From assembly GCA_003648815.1 (NCBI GenBank), contig QMPZ01000001.1:1-53372 (forward strand): DNA of 53,372 nt, given 5' to 3'. The translations under genes and the position numbers were made by a program. The DNA is from Candidatus Aerophobota bacterium (GTDB lineage Bacteria; Aerophobota; Aerophobia; Aerophobales; B47-G16). A model generated the notes under the pieces. The model saw only the letters and a program-made list of their open reading frames with translations, ran no database searches and was not told the origin of the DNA. Shown one piece after another: positions 35,078-44,976 of the stretch (positions are counted from its first letter, which is position 1; each line of letters opens with the position of its first letter).

Positions 35078-35947
35078 TTACCTTCTCAATTCAGGGTTCA
35101 GTATCTCGTTAAGTCCCTCCCCAAGCAAACTGAAGCCCAAGGTGAGAATTACAATCATAAGACCAGGAAAGGTGCTTGGCCACCAGATTCTGGAGGCAAG
35201 ATAAGCATGTCCTGCTCTCAGGTCAAATCCCCAGTCCGGAGTGGGAGCCGGCAGTCCAAGTCCAAGAAAACTCAGGGCTGCAAGCGTTAATACAGCATCA
35301 GCTGCGTTAAGAGATAACACTATGGGGATAGAAGATATAACATTTGGGAAGATATATTTAAAAACTATAGTTCTGTCCTTTGCACCTATAGCTCTTGCTG
35401 CTTCTACAAAAAGGCTCTCTTTCAAAGATAACACAAGTCCTCTCACCATTCTAAAATAAGTGGGTGTATAGATGACAGCTATTGCCATAGCTGTATTTAA
35501 TATCCCCGGTCCAAGCATGGCAGCAAGAACTATTGCTAAAATAAGACCGGGAAAGGAATACATCGCGTCCATAACAAGCGAAAATACGGTATCAAATTTG
35601 CCCCCTGTATAACCTGACAAAAGACCAAGTAGCACTCCAAAAGAAAGAGAGATGCTTACCGCAAGAAAGGTAACAAGAACAGCTGTTCGAGCCCCAAATA
35701 TTATTCTGCTGAGAACGTCTCTTCCAAGACCATCTGTTCCTAAGAGAAATTTACCGCTTGGTCTTTCGAGGATCTCTCCCACCTTTTTGATGGGATCGTA
35801 AGGAGCAATAAAAGGGGCAAAAATAGCCATCAGAATGATAAGCAAAACTAATATAAAACCTACAAGGACAAAATATTCAGTTCCCTTTCGCGGGAAAATA
35901 TTTTTAATAATATTAGATACGATAAATCTTGAAATTGAATACTTCAC
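35078..35947 (-). CDS. oppC: Peptide ABC transporter permease (OppC/DppC type)
   Basis: Six TM helices, N-terminal OppC_N-like ..LLGTD.LGRDVLSR.., BPD_transp_1 EAA-like ..EAARAIGA...I.. Confidence 0.85.
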   Translation of the reverse strand: MKYSISRFIVSNIIKNIFPRKGTEYFVLVGFILVLLIILMAIFAPFIAPYDPIKKVGEILERPSGKFLLGTDGLGRDVLSRIIFGARTAVLVTFLAVSISLSFGVLLGLLSGYTGGKFDTVFSLVMDAMYSFPGLILAIVLAAMLGPGILNTAMAIAVIYTPTYFRMVRGLVLSLKESLFVEAARAIGAKDRTIVFKYIFPNVISSIPIVLSLNAADAVLTLAALSFLGLGLPAPTPDWGFDLRAGHAYLASRIWWPSTFPGLMIVILTLGFSLLGEGLNEILNPELRR

Positions 35948-35964
35948 CTCTTTTTACCTCATAA

Positions 35965-36975
35965 CTAATACCTTATTCGTGGATCAATATAGGCATAAAT
36001 GACATCGACAAGAAGACTTACAGTAATAACTATCAGAGCAAAAAATACAATAATTCCCTGAACTGTAGTAAAATCTCTGTATGTTATTCTTTCAAAAAGG
36101 AGAGTTCCCATTCCAGGCCAGGAAAAGGTTATCTCAGTCAATACCGCTCCCACAAGAAGAAGGGCAAATTGTAAACCCATCATTGTAAGAATGGGAATAA
36201 ATGCGTTTTTTAAGGCATGCTTGAAGATCACAGTTCTCTTAGGCAGTCCTCTTGCCCAGGCAGATTTTATAAAGTCTTTGTTGAGGACTTCAATTAAATG
36301 AGTCCGGGTGAGACGGGTATAAATCCCTGAAAGGTAAATACCCAAGGTCAAAGAGGGCAGGATAAGGTGTCTTATAGCACTTATAAAACTTTCCATATTA
36401 AGCGTGAGCAAGCTATCAAGCACATAGAGCCCTGTGATAGTTTCAGGCTCCATGAGAGTCCCTATTCTTCCGCCTATTGGCAGAACTCCAAGATAAACTC
36501 CAAATATGAGCTGTAGCATTATCCCGATCCAGGGAATAAAAAGACCATAGGTTATAATACCGTATAGCCTGAAGGCATGATCAAAAAACCTGCCAAAGTT
36601 AGTGGCGGCAATTATCCCGGTAAATATGCCAACGAGTATACTTACCAAAAACGCACAGATGGAAAGCTCCAGTGTTGCCGGGAAATGGTCCCAGATTTCA
36701 GAAATTACAGGTCTTTGCCCCCATATAAGTGATCTACCAAGATCTCCCCGTAGAAGCTGTCCAAGATAATCAAAAAACTGAAATAAAATGGGTTTGTTAA
36801 GACCCAATTGCTCTTTTATCCGTTCAATTTGCTCCTGAGGAGCATGACCACCAAGTATAGCGCTAACAGGGTCCCCCACCACTCTCATTATGAAAAAAAC
36901 TATGCCAAGAAGAATAAAAATCATGGGTATTGCAACAAGCACCCTTCTTATAACATATACCCTAAGTGAGGCCAT
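35965..36975 (-). CDS. oppB: Peptide ABC transporter permease (OppB/DppB type)
   Basis: ..YVIRR.L..IP..F....V.F....GDP.. N-terminus and ..DFIKSAWARGLP...V..KHALKNA.IP.. EAA loop. Confidence 0.85.
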   Translation of the reverse strand: MASLRVYVIRRVLVAIPMIFILLGIVFFIMRVVGDPVSAILGGHAPQEQIERIKEQLGLNKPILFQFFDYLGQLLRGDLGRSLIWGQRPVISEIWDHFPATLELSICAFLVSILVGIFTGIIAATNFGRFFDHAFRLYGIITYGLFIPWIGIMLQLIFGVYLGVLPIGGRIGTLMEPETITGLYVLDSLLTLNMESFISAIRHLILPSLTLGIYLSGIYTRLTRTHLIEVLNKDFIKSAWARGLPKRTVIFKHALKNAFIPILTMMGLQFALLLVGAVLTEITFSWPGMGTLLFERITYRDFTTVQGIIVFFALIVITVSLLVDVIYAYIDPRIRY

Positions 36976-36991
36976 TTTTTATACGCCGAAT

Positions 36992-37030
36992 AATAAGTCT
37001 CCCCTTCTCTGAAGGAAGAGGAGACTTATT
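36992..37030 (-). promoter_or_regulatory. Intercistronic stem-loop between oppA and oppB
   Basis: AATAAGTCTCC / GGAGACTTATT form an 11-bp perfect stem with an inner CCTTC-TCT-GAAGG helix. It starts 16 nt after the oppA stop. There is no clean U-tract. Confidence 0.5.
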
Positions 37031-37045
37031 TGTTAGTTAAATACT

Positions 37046-38590
37046 TCACTCCTTGTATATCAGATAGTATCTGAGCAGCATAACAGGATCAAGCACCACG
37101 CCTTTCACATTTGGTTGGGTAGCAGCGGTTAATACTCCCTGGAAAAGAGGTATCACTGGTGCCTCCTCTGCCATCAGCTTTTGTATTTTTTCATAGAGCT
37201 GTGTCCTTTTTTCTATTCCAATTTCAGTTCTTGCCTTATCAAGGAGTCTGTCCATCTCGGGATTGCTGTAAAAAACGCCCATATCCGGTGACCATTCAGA
37301 ATGAAGGAATACGCTTGTATAATCATCCGGATCTATGTAATCAGGATACCAGCCAAGCAGGAAAATAGGCATAACTCCCGCGGTTAAATACTCGGCAGCG
37401 TATGTGGCCCATTCTGCACTCTTAAGATCTATCTTTATCATTCCTGTCTCCTCGAGACTCTCTTTTATTACGGCTGCAACATCTGCTTCAAGGTCTCCAT
37501 AGTGAGTTGGAGTATACCAGAATTCGATATTAAAGGGATTATCTTTACTGTATCCTGCCTCGGTTAAGATTTTTCTTGCCAGCTCTAAGTTACGCTCGCC
37601 GTACTCCTGTTTAAAAGCATCTATATGACCCCACATTCCCATTGGAACCATGCTGTAAAGAGGTTTAACTGTTCCTTTATATGCTTCCTGACATATCCTG
37701 GCTCTATCTATTGCGGCGGCAATGGCTCTTCTCAAGCGGACGTCATCAAAAGGTGGTTTGTTGCATCGGCAAACGATGTAGCGAATGTAAGGACCTGGTA
37801 CCTCTAAAACTTTTTGCTTTCCTTTTGCTTTGAGATCTCTTATATCTATAGGTCTCAAACTTTTCCAGGCAACATCAATTTCTCCTGTTTCGAGCGCAAG
37901 TCTCATGGTGGCGGCATTTTTATAAAACTTTACCACAAAAAGCCTGGATTTTGGTGGTGAGCCGTAGTAATCTGGGTTGGCTTCCAGGACAAGCTGCACA
38001 TCTCTTGTCCATTTTTTAATTCTGTAAGGTCCGTAATGTCCAACTGTTGGTTCGGCAACTTTATCTTCTGGAAAAGATTTGGGGCTTACAGGAGTATAAG
38101 GTGTAGTTGCAACAAGAGCAGGGAAAAAAGAAACAGGCTCTTTCAGTACGAACTTTACAGTATAGGTATCAACAACTTCCACTCTCTCGACAAATGCCGA
38201 GACAAGCCAGGAAGGATCAAGGTCCAGCTTCATCACCCGGTCTATGGACCATTTAACTGCTGCAGCATTCAAAGGATATCCATCGGTAAATTTCAGCCCT
38301 TCTCGTAGCTTAAAAGTATACTCAAGTCCATCAGGGCTAACCTCGTAGGATTTTGCAATCCCTGGTATGAGTTCAGTTGTGCCAGGCTTATACTTTAGAA
38401 GTCCCTCTCCGATGTTCTGAAAAACCTCCCAGGTGTAGAAATCGTAAGTTTTAGCAGGATCAAGAACAGTAATTTTATCAGTGGTTCCCAGGACAAGCGG
38501 CTTTGTCTGCAAGGAAAAGCTCATGCCCGGTGCAAGACAGAGAAAAACAAAGGATAAAATTAAAAAACTCAACCACCTTCTTTTTTTCAT
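37046..38590 (-). CDS. oppA: Peptide/nickel ABC transporter substrate-binding protein (SBP family 5)
   Basis: N-terminal signal peptide, size (514 aa) and ..W.V..NI.EGL.. / ..F.LR.G.KF.DG.P..A..V..S.. family-5 pattern. First gene of the opp operon. Confidence 0.85.
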   Translation of the reverse strand: MKKRRWLSFLILSFVFLCLAPGMSFSLQTKPLVLGTTDKITVLDPAKTYDFYTWEVFQNIGEGLLKYKPGTTELIPGIAKSYEVSPDGLEYTFKLREGLKFTDGYPLNAAAVKWSIDRVMKLDLDPSWLVSAFVERVEVVDTYTVKFVLKEPVSFFPALVATTPYTPVSPKSFPEDKVAEPTVGHYGPYRIKKWTRDVQLVLEANPDYYGSPPKSRLFVVKFYKNAATMRLALETGEIDVAWKSLRPIDIRDLKAKGKQKVLEVPGPYIRYIVCRCNKPPFDDVRLRRAIAAAIDRARICQEAYKGTVKPLYSMVPMGMWGHIDAFKQEYGERNLELARKILTEAGYSKDNPFNIEFWYTPTHYGDLEADVAAVIKESLEETGMIKIDLKSAEWATYAAEYLTAGVMPIFLLGWYPDYIDPDDYTSVFLHSEWSPDMGVFYSNPEMDRLLDKARTEIGIEKRTQLYEKIQKLMAEEAPVIPLFQGVLTAATQPNVKGVVLDPVMLLRYYLIYKE

Positions 38591-38756
38591 TTTTCACCTC
38601 CGATACACTTCATCCTCTTGTAGAAAGTTTCAAAAGAAAATAATCTTTCCACACTTCCCTTCTCTTCTCGAAATCTTTCCTTACCCGTAGGCTAATGGTT
38701 TCTTTACCTTTTTTGCTCTTATCACCTCCTCTCAATTTAAAAGCTTATCTAAATAA

Positions 38757-38831
38757 TGGAGCTGGCGAAGGGACTCGAACCCCCAACCTGGTGATTACAA
38801 ATCACCTGCTCTGCCGTTGAGCTACGCCAGC
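38757..38831 (-). tRNA. tRNA-Thr (anticodon UGU), CCA encoded
   Basis: Reverse complement folds as acceptor GCTGGCG/CGCCAGC, anticodon stem GGTGA/TCACC, loop TTTGTAA, T-loop TTCGAGT. Confidence 0.9.
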
Positions 38832-38841
38832 AAATGTTAAT

Positions 38842-40281
38842 TTATTTAACTTTCCAGACCGTTCTATCTTTCTTGTCCTCTAACTCTATTCCCAGCTCAT
38901 TCAGCTCTTTTCTTATCTCATCAGCCAGTGGCCAGTCCTTCTTCTCCCGGAGCTTGCTTCTTACCTTAACCAGAAGCTCTATCAGCCTTCTCTCCCTTTC
39001 TCCTAATTTTTCCCTTTCCTGGTGTTGAAAAAGCCCTAATATTTTTCCTATGCTCCTTATTTTCTTCTCCAGGTCCAAAAGAAGCTGATAAGAGGCCTCA
39101 TCCAGGAGTTCTTCCTTTTGGAGAAGAAGGTTTGCCTTCTTGATTCCTTCAAAGATGACGGCCAGGACAGAAGGGGTATTGAAGTCATCGTCCATGGCAA
39201 AGGTAAACCTTTCCTCCACTTCGTTTAAGTATTTGGAGAGATCCTCCCTTTCCCTTTGTAACTCTTCAGAGAAACTTTTCTTTGGGCTTTCCCTCAGTTC
39301 TCTTATCCTTTCAAAGAGATTGTAAACCCTCTCTAAGGAAGAGGCAGCTTCTTTTAAGCTATTTTCATCGTACTCTAAGGGAGTTCTGTAGTGAGCGGAG
39401 AGAAAAAAGTATCTTATCACCTCAGGACTATACTTCTTTAAAGCTTCGGATAAGGTAAAGACATTTCCGACCGACTTGGACATCTTTTGACCTTTTAAGG
39501 TGATGAGGCCATTGTGCATCCAGTATCTGGCAAATTGCTTTCCTGTAGCGGCCTCTGATTGGGCAATCTCATTTTCATGATGAGGAAAGATCAGGTCTCT
39601 TCCCCCTCCGTGAATGTCTATACTTTCTCCCAGGTACTTCATAGCCATAGCCGAGCATTCAATGTGCCAACCAGGCCTTCCCTTTCCCCAGGGACTATCC
39701 CAGGAGGGCTCGCCTTCTTTTGCCTTTTTCCAGAGAGCAAAATCCAGCGGGTCTTCTTTGTTTTCATTTATTTCTATTCTTGCTCCAGCGGCGAGGTTCT
39801 CTAAGCTCTGGCCAGAAAGTCTCCCATATGAAGGAAACTTTCTCACCCGAAAGAAGACATCGCCATCCCGGCAGTAGGCAAGGCCTTTTTCTTCCAGCCT
39901 TTTAATTAACTCTATGATTTCTTTTATGTGCTCGGTAGCACGAGGATAGTGGTCTGCCCTCTCCACTTGTAGAATCTTCATCTGACGAAAGTAGTCGGCG
40001 CTGAACCTTTTTGCCAGATCAAACACGGAAGTCTTCAACGCCTTTGCTCGAGCAATCATCTTATCATCTACATCGGTGAAGTTAGTTACATAATTTACCT
40101 CATAGTTTTTGTGCCTTAAATAACGCACGACAACATCAAAGACTATGGCTGCCCTTGCATGCCCTAAGTGCAGCTCATCATATAGAGTCACTCCGCATAC
40201 GTATAGCTTGACCTTACCTTTCTCTAAGGGGACAAATTCTTCTTTCCTGCGGGTTAATGTATTATAAACTTTAAGAGGCAT
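38842..40281 (-). CDS. cysS: Cysteine--tRNA ligase
   Basis: ..YVCGVTLYDELHLGHAR.. (HIGH), ..FTDVDDKMI.., KMSKSVGN (KMSKS), WHIECSAM Zn site. Confidence 0.95.
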   Translation of the reverse strand: MPLKVYNTLTRRKEEFVPLEKGKVKLYVCGVTLYDELHLGHARAAIVFDVVVRYLRHKNYEVNYVTNFTDVDDKMIARAKALKTSVFDLAKRFSADYFRQMKILQVERADHYPRATEHIKEIIELIKRLEEKGLAYCRDGDVFFRVRKFPSYGRLSGQSLENLAAGARIEINENKEDPLDFALWKKAKEGEPSWDSPWGKGRPGWHIECSAMAMKYLGESIDIHGGGRDLIFPHHENEIAQSEAATGKQFARYWMHNGLITLKGQKMSKSVGNVFTLSEALKKYSPEVIRYFFLSAHYRTPLEYDENSLKEAASSLERVYNLFERIRELRESPKKSFSEELQREREDLSKYLNEVEERFTFAMDDDFNTPSVLAVIFEGIKKANLLLQKEELLDEASYQLLLDLEKKIRSIGKILGLFQHQEREKLGERERRLIELLVKVRSKLREKKDWPLADEIRKELNELGIELEDKKDRTVWKVK

Positions 40282-40771
40282 CTTGGCAACCCCCCTGCTT
40301 CTGTTCTCTTATAGAGGCTATTGCCCAGCAACAGATTCCCTTCTTCTCGCCCAAGAACCCCAGTCCTTCTGGAGAGGTAGCTTTAATGCCTATCTGCTTG
40401 ACATCGATCTCGAGAACTCGGGCAATGTTTTCTTTCATTTGAGGAATATAAGGGGAAAGCTTTGGTTCCTGTGCTACGATGGTTGCATCTAAGTTATTTA
40501 TCTTAAATCTCTCTTTGCGGAGGATAATGAGAATTTTTCTCAGCAGAAGCAAGCTTGAAATTCCTTCATATTCGGATTTGGTGTCCGGGAAGAAAAATCC
40601 GATATCCCTCTTTCCCGCTGCTCCTAAAAGGGCATCCCCTATGCTGTGGACGAGGACATCAGCATCTGAGTGTCCCATAAGTCCCATAGGATAGGGTATA
40701 TTCACCCCTCCCAGGATGAGCTTTCTTCCCTTTATCAGAGGATGAACATCATATCCTATACCGGTTCGCAT
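40271..40771 (-). CDS. ispF: 2-C-methyl-D-erythritol 2,4-cyclodiphosphate synthase
   Basis: MRTGIGYDVH.., ..GHSDADVL.H...DALLGA... Overlaps the cysS start by 11 nt. Confidence 0.9.
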   Translation of the reverse strand: MRTGIGYDVHPLIKGRKLILGGVNIPYPMGLMGHSDADVLVHSIGDALLGAAGKRDIGFFFPDTKSEYEGISSLLLLRKILIILRKERFKINNLDATIVAQEPKLSPYIPQMKENIARVLEIDVKQIGIKATSPEGLGFLGEKKGICCWAIASIREQKQGGCQDAS

Positions 40772-40782
40772 TGAATTTTCTC

Positions 40783-41481
40783 CTAAGAAGACAGACTTTG
40801 ATACTGGAGGAGCATTTCGGCAAATTTTAAATCAAGAGAAGTGGTTATCTTGATGTTCATCTCCTCTCCGGCAACTACCTTGACCTTGTATCCAAATCGC
40901 TCGACTATCCCGGCGTCATCACTTGCTCTCCACCCTGAATCCATGGCCTTTTTATACACCTGAAATATCAGGTCCTTTTTAAATCCCTGAGGGGTCTGAA
41001 TAAGGCGAATTTTGCTCCTTTCCAGAGTCCTTACCACCAACTCGTCCTCATTTACCTCCTTTAACGTCTCCTTGACAGGGATTGCCGGGCTTACCGCTCC
41101 ATATTTTTCCGTCTCCTTAATTACCTTTTCTATGAGATGGGTGGAAATTAAGGGACGCACTCCATCGTGGATAAGCACGATATCCGTTTTCTCATCCACA
41201 TTTTTTAAACCTTCAAACACGGAATCAGTTCTCTCTTTACCTCCCTCCGCTATTGTCTTTATCTTTTTATATTCAAGGGAAAAAAGGATTTTTCCCCTTA
41301 CATATTCCCTCATTCCTCGAGGGACGATAAGAATGATCTTGTCTATTAGTTGACATCTCTCAAAGGGGGCTATTGTCCAGCAGACTATCGGCTTCCCTTT
41401 AAGGGGACAGAACTGTTTCGGCTGAGCTTTTCCAAATCTTTTTCCTTTTCCCGCAGCTACAATGATAGCCTCAACCCTCAC
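40783..41481 (-). CDS. ispD: 2-C-methyl-D-erythritol 4-phosphate cytidylyltransferase
   Basis: ..AIIVAAGKGKRFG...PKQF..L.GKP.. and ..VLIHDGVRP.. motifs. GTG start. Confidence 0.9.
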   Translation of the reverse strand: MRVEAIIVAAGKGKRFGKAQPKQFCPLKGKPIVCWTIAPFERCQLIDKIILIVPRGMREYVRGKILFSLEYKKIKTIAEGGKERTDSVFEGLKNVDEKTDIVLIHDGVRPLISTHLIEKVIKETEKYGAVSPAIPVKETLKEVNEDELVVRTLERSKIRLIQTPQGFKKDLIFQVYKKAMDSGWRASDDAGIVERFGYKVKVVAGEEMNIKITTSLDLKFAEMLLQYQSLSS

Positions 41482-41482
41482 T

Positions 41483-42538
41483 TCACCTCCCCCTTACGTT
41501 CTTCCTTCTCCTTTCCTCCTTTTTCTTTGTTTCTTCCTTTATCTCGGTGAATATCATCTTTCCCGTAGTAGTTTGAAGAACTGAGGTAACCAACACCTCT
41601 ACCTCCTTCCCTATGTATTTTTTTCCACCCTCAACTACCACCATAGTTCCGTCTTCGAGATAGGCTACTCCCTGGTTAGGATTTTCCCCTTCCTTGAGGA
41701 TACTGATTTTCAGACTTTCTCCCGGCAGAAGTACAGGTTTTAGGGCGGTAGCTACCTCATTTATATTTAAGACCTTCACCTCCTGAATCTTAGCCACCTT
41801 TTTCAGGTTGTGGTCGTTGGTGACCACTGTTCCATCTATAGCTTTAGCCAGAGCGAGGAGTTTGTTATCCACCTCAGGAATTTCAGGAAAATCCTTATCC
41901 AGAATTTCCACAGGGATAATGTTCTGGTTTTGAAGCCTATTTACCATATCCAGTCCCCTTCTTCCCCGAGCTCGCTTGGTAGATGAGGGAGAGTCGGCAA
42001 TTTGCTGAAGCTCTGTGAGTACGAAATTTGGAATGACCAAAGTTCCCTCTATAAACCCGGTTTCGCAAAGGTCTGCTATTCTTCCGTCAATTATCACCGA
42101 GGTATCCAGAATCTTGTATTTACTAACTTCTCCCTCAATCCCTGTTCTCTTTCCAGCGAGCCGACCTAAGAAACTAAATATCTCCTCCTCTCTTCTTGTT
42201 GCGATGGTTATTCCTAAACCAGCAAATATTACGTTAATTACCAGAAGCAGGAAAGGGGAAAAGGGCTTGAAGAAATTAATCAACAAGATTGGATAGGCTA
42301 TGAGGTTAGCAAAAAGAATACCTATCCCCAACCCTATAATTCCCACTATAAGTTTCCTTATGGAAACTTTGGTGAGCCATCTTTCTGCGACTAATATTAG
42401 AGTGGCCACCCACCCCCCCACTAAGGTGGGTATCCATGGGTTATAACCCAAGTCCAGGGAAATTCCATAGCAACAAGCTCCCACCAACACGACAAATAAG
42501 ATACGCACTCTAAGTTGCTCTATTTTCATGAACTTCAT
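41483..42538 (-). CDS. Membrane-anchored PIN/TRAM domain protein (YacL-like)
   Basis: Four N-terminal TM helices, PIN domain (..ILDTSVIIDGRI..VTNDHNL..), C-terminal TRAM-like barrel. Same position as B. subtilis yacL (between disA and ispD). Confidence 0.8.
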   Translation of the reverse strand: MKFMKIEQLRVRILFVVLVGACCYGISLDLGYNPWIPTLVGGWVATLILVAERWLTKVSIRKLIVGIIGLGIGILFANLIAYPILLINFFKPFSPFLLLVINVIFAGLGITIATRREEEIFSFLGRLAGKRTGIEGEVSKYKILDTSVIIDGRIADLCETGFIEGTLVIPNFVLTELQQIADSPSSTKRARGRRGLDMVNRLQNQNIIPVEILDKDFPEIPEVDNKLLALAKAIDGTVVTNDHNLKKVAKIQEVKVLNINEVATALKPVLLPGESLKISILKEGENPNQGVAYLEDGTMVVVEGGKKYIGKEVEVLVTSVLQTTTGKMIFTEIKEETKKKEERRRKNVRGR

Positions 42539-42552
42539 CTCCTTTTCAATCT

Positions 42553-43611
42553 TTACCTTCCTAACAAGGCCTTATTTTTCAAGCGTTCTAATTCTTGTTT
42601 GATGAAATTTGCTCTTTTTTCTCCCACCTCGTTAATCTTGGTCAACTCAGAAACGGTGGCTTTCATGATGTTCGGCAGATCGCCGAAAAAATTTACTACA
42701 TTTTTCACCACGGGTGTAGGTAAGCGGGGAATTTTGGATAAAATTCGATATCCGCGGGGGAAAACACTCAAATCCAGGTTCTCCGGCTTTGCCTCATATC
42801 CCAGAATACGCATAATGTTTTTGGTCTCTAAGAGTTTATCCATACTCATCTGTTCCAATTCTAAAAGTACCTTTTCAGGATCCTCTTGTGCATAATCCTG
42901 TACTATCCATTCATTTTCCTCTACGGCGTCTCCCACTATTTCCTTTAACTGCATCTTTATCAAACGCGCTTCTTCTCCCAACTCTATAATATACCTTTCT
43001 ATTTCCTCTTTTATCTTCTTTATCATCTGACCCCTTTGAACAGTTCTCACCACATTATATAGCTTCACCTCACCTCGAAATTCCAAAAGTTCCAGTTCAT
43101 CCAGAACCTTACTGAAGGCCATCCTGTATCTTTCCATGGTTTGAAGAGCCTGACTGGCCCTGCTTATAAGTTCAGGTATCCCTTTCAGGACATACTTTAT
43201 ATTCCCCTGATAAAGAGTGATCACTCGCCGGGATTGAGAGATGGCAATGACTGGGCAATCAGTCTGCTTGGCCATCCGCTCAGCTGCCCGGTGACGAGTA
43301 CCTCTTTCAGTGGTGGGAATGAGGTAGTCCGGAACCAGCTGAACGTTGGCATAAGAAATTTTTTTTATATCTTTGGATATGATAATAGCTCCGTCCATCT
43401 TTGAAAGTTCAGCTAAGGCTGTGGGAGTAAGAGGGCAATCCACCTTAAACCCTCCATCTATGGCGTTAATTACCTCTTGTGTGTCCCCCACCACAATCAG
43501 ACCACCAGTATTTGCCTGCAGGATTATCTCTAATCCCTGTCTTATAGGGGTGCCAGGAGACACCAACTTAAGAAGCTTTAAAAACTTTTCTTCATTAATG
43601 ATATCTGACAT
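42553..43611 (-). CDS. disA: DNA integrity scanning protein DisA (diadenylate cyclase)
   Basis: DAC-domain motifs ..GGLIVVGD.., ..DGAIIIS.., ..GTRHRAAERM... C-terminal HhH (..L..I..VGEKRA..I..). Confidence 0.9.
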   Translation of the reverse strand: MSDIINEEKFLKLLKLVSPGTPIRQGLEIILQANTGGLIVVGDTQEVINAIDGGFKVDCPLTPTALAELSKMDGAIIISKDIKKISYANVQLVPDYLIPTTERGTRHRAAERMAKQTDCPVIAISQSRRVITLYQGNIKYVLKGIPELISRASQALQTMERYRMAFSKVLDELELLEFRGEVKLYNVVRTVQRGQMIKKIKEEIERYIIELGEEARLIKMQLKEIVGDAVEENEWIVQDYAQEDPEKVLLELEQMSMDKLLETKNIMRILGYEAKPENLDLSVFPRGYRILSKIPRLPTPVVKNVVNFFGDLPNIMKATVSELTKINEVGEKRANFIKQELERLKNKALLGR

Positions 43612-44976
43612 TTATCTTCCCTCTAATCCTATATCCAGCGCTTCCTTGACTTCTCTTACTCCTATGAGTCTCATACCGGGAGGAGCTTTAATCTTTTTTA
43701 AGGTTGATCGGGAGACAAAGCATCGGGTAAAGCCCAATCTGGCTGCTTCCTTTAACCTCTTCTCCATAAAGCCCACTGGACGGACTTCTCCGCTAAGACC
43801 AACCTCTCCAATGGCTAAGGAATCCCCAGGAAGGGGTATGTTTTGAAGGCTGGAGGCTACAGATAAAGCAATGGCTAAATCGCAAGCAGGCTCTTTTACT
43901 TTCATTCCTCCAGCCACATTTAGATAGACATCCTGATCATAAAGACGCAGTCCGCACCTTCTTTCCAGCACAGCTAAAAGGAGACATAGTCTATTGTAGT
44001 CAACTCCCTGACTTATTCTTCTGGGAATGGTTAAATTGGAGGTGGTTGCCAGAGCCTGAATTTCCACCAGAAAAGAGCGAGTCCCTTCAATGGTAGAGAC
44101 CACCATTATCCCTGGATTTCCTAAGGCATCGCTCAAGAAGAGCTTGGATGGGTCTTCCACCTCCTTCAGTCCGGATTCCTCCATCTTAAAGATACCAATT
44201 TCGGAAATTGGTCCAAACCTGTTCTTTACCGCTCGCAGTATCCTGTACTGATAATTTCTTTCCGATTCAAAATAGAGAACTGTGTCCACGATGTGCTCCA
44301 GAACTCTGGGTCCAGCAATGGTTCCTTCCTTGGTGACATGACCTATCAAGAAAATGGTTATCCTTCTTTGTTTGGCCAATCTCATAAGATAAGCTGCACA
44401 CTCCCTCACCTGAGAGACAGAACCAGGAGCAGATTCATAATCCTCCCGGTAAAGGGTTTGAATAGAGTCTATTATCACCATTTCCGGTCCCAGATCATCG
44501 ATCTGTTGCGCAATTCTCTCTAAGTTGGTCTCGGACAGGACATAAAGATGCCGTGAGTTTATCCCCAGCCGTGAGGCTCTGCCTCTAATCTGTTCCGCTG
44601 ATTCCTCTCCAGAGACGTAGAGCACCAGATGTCCCGAGGAGCTCAGTTTATCCCCTATCTCGAGCAGGAGAGTAGATTTTCCTATCCCCGGTTCTCCTCC
44701 GATCAATATCAAAGAGCCTGGAACTATTCCTCCTCCTAAGATACGGTCGAACTCTTTTATTTCGCTGGAATACCGCATTTGTTCGGATTCATCGATCTCC
44801 GTGAGGGGTTTGGGTGCAGCCAAGCCAGAGGAAAGGCCCCGAAAATAGGTCTCCTTTCTTATGTTTTCCTCCTGAAGGGTGCCCCATTCGCCACATTCAG
44901 GACAACGACCTAACCACTTGAAAGAAATATGACCGCAGTTCTGACAGACAAACCTGACCTTGCTTTTTTCTTTCAC
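43612..44976 (-). CDS. radA: DNA repair protein RadA/Sms
   Basis: Zn finger CQNCG..(9)..CPECGEW, Walker A GEPGIGKSTLLL, KNRFG motif, Lon-like C-terminal domain. Confidence 0.95.
   Translation of the reverse strand: MKEKSKVRFVCQNCGHISFKWLGRCPECGEWGTLQEENIRKETYFRGLSSGLAAPKPLTEIDESEQMRYSSEIKEFDRILGGGIVPGSLILIGGEPGIGKSTLLLEIGDKLSSSGHLVLYVSGEESAEQIRGRASRLGINSRHLYVLSETNLERIAQQIDDLGPEMVIIDSIQTLYREDYESAPGSVSQVRECAAYLMRLAKQRRITIFLIGHVTKEGTIAGPRVLEHIVDTVLYFESERNYQYRILRAVKNRFGPISEIGIFKMEESGLKEVEDPSKLFLSDALGNPGIMVVSTIEGTRSFLVEIQALATTSNLTIPRRISQGVDYNRLCLLLAVLERRCGLRLYDQDVYLNVAGGMKVKEPACDLAIALSVASSLQNIPLPGDSLAIGEVGLSGEVRPVGFMEKRLKEAARLGFTRCFVSRSTLKKIKAPPGMRLIGVREVKEALDIGLEGR

Noticed and set aside
38721-38736. 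Perfect SD-like GAGAGGAGGTGAT on the minus strand upstream of oppA with no ORF
   Set aside because: No ATG, GTG or TTG lies at a usable distance. The only GTG overlaps the SD itself and would give a 14-codon ORF. This is probably a chance purine-rich tract in the oppA promoter/leader.
33138-38831. opp operon as a horizontally acquired island integrated next to tRNA-Thr
   Set aside because: Hand-sampled GC content (about 40-47%) overlaps that of core genes (about 35-50%). No integrase or direct repeat of the tRNA 3' end is present. The idea stays untested rather than supported.
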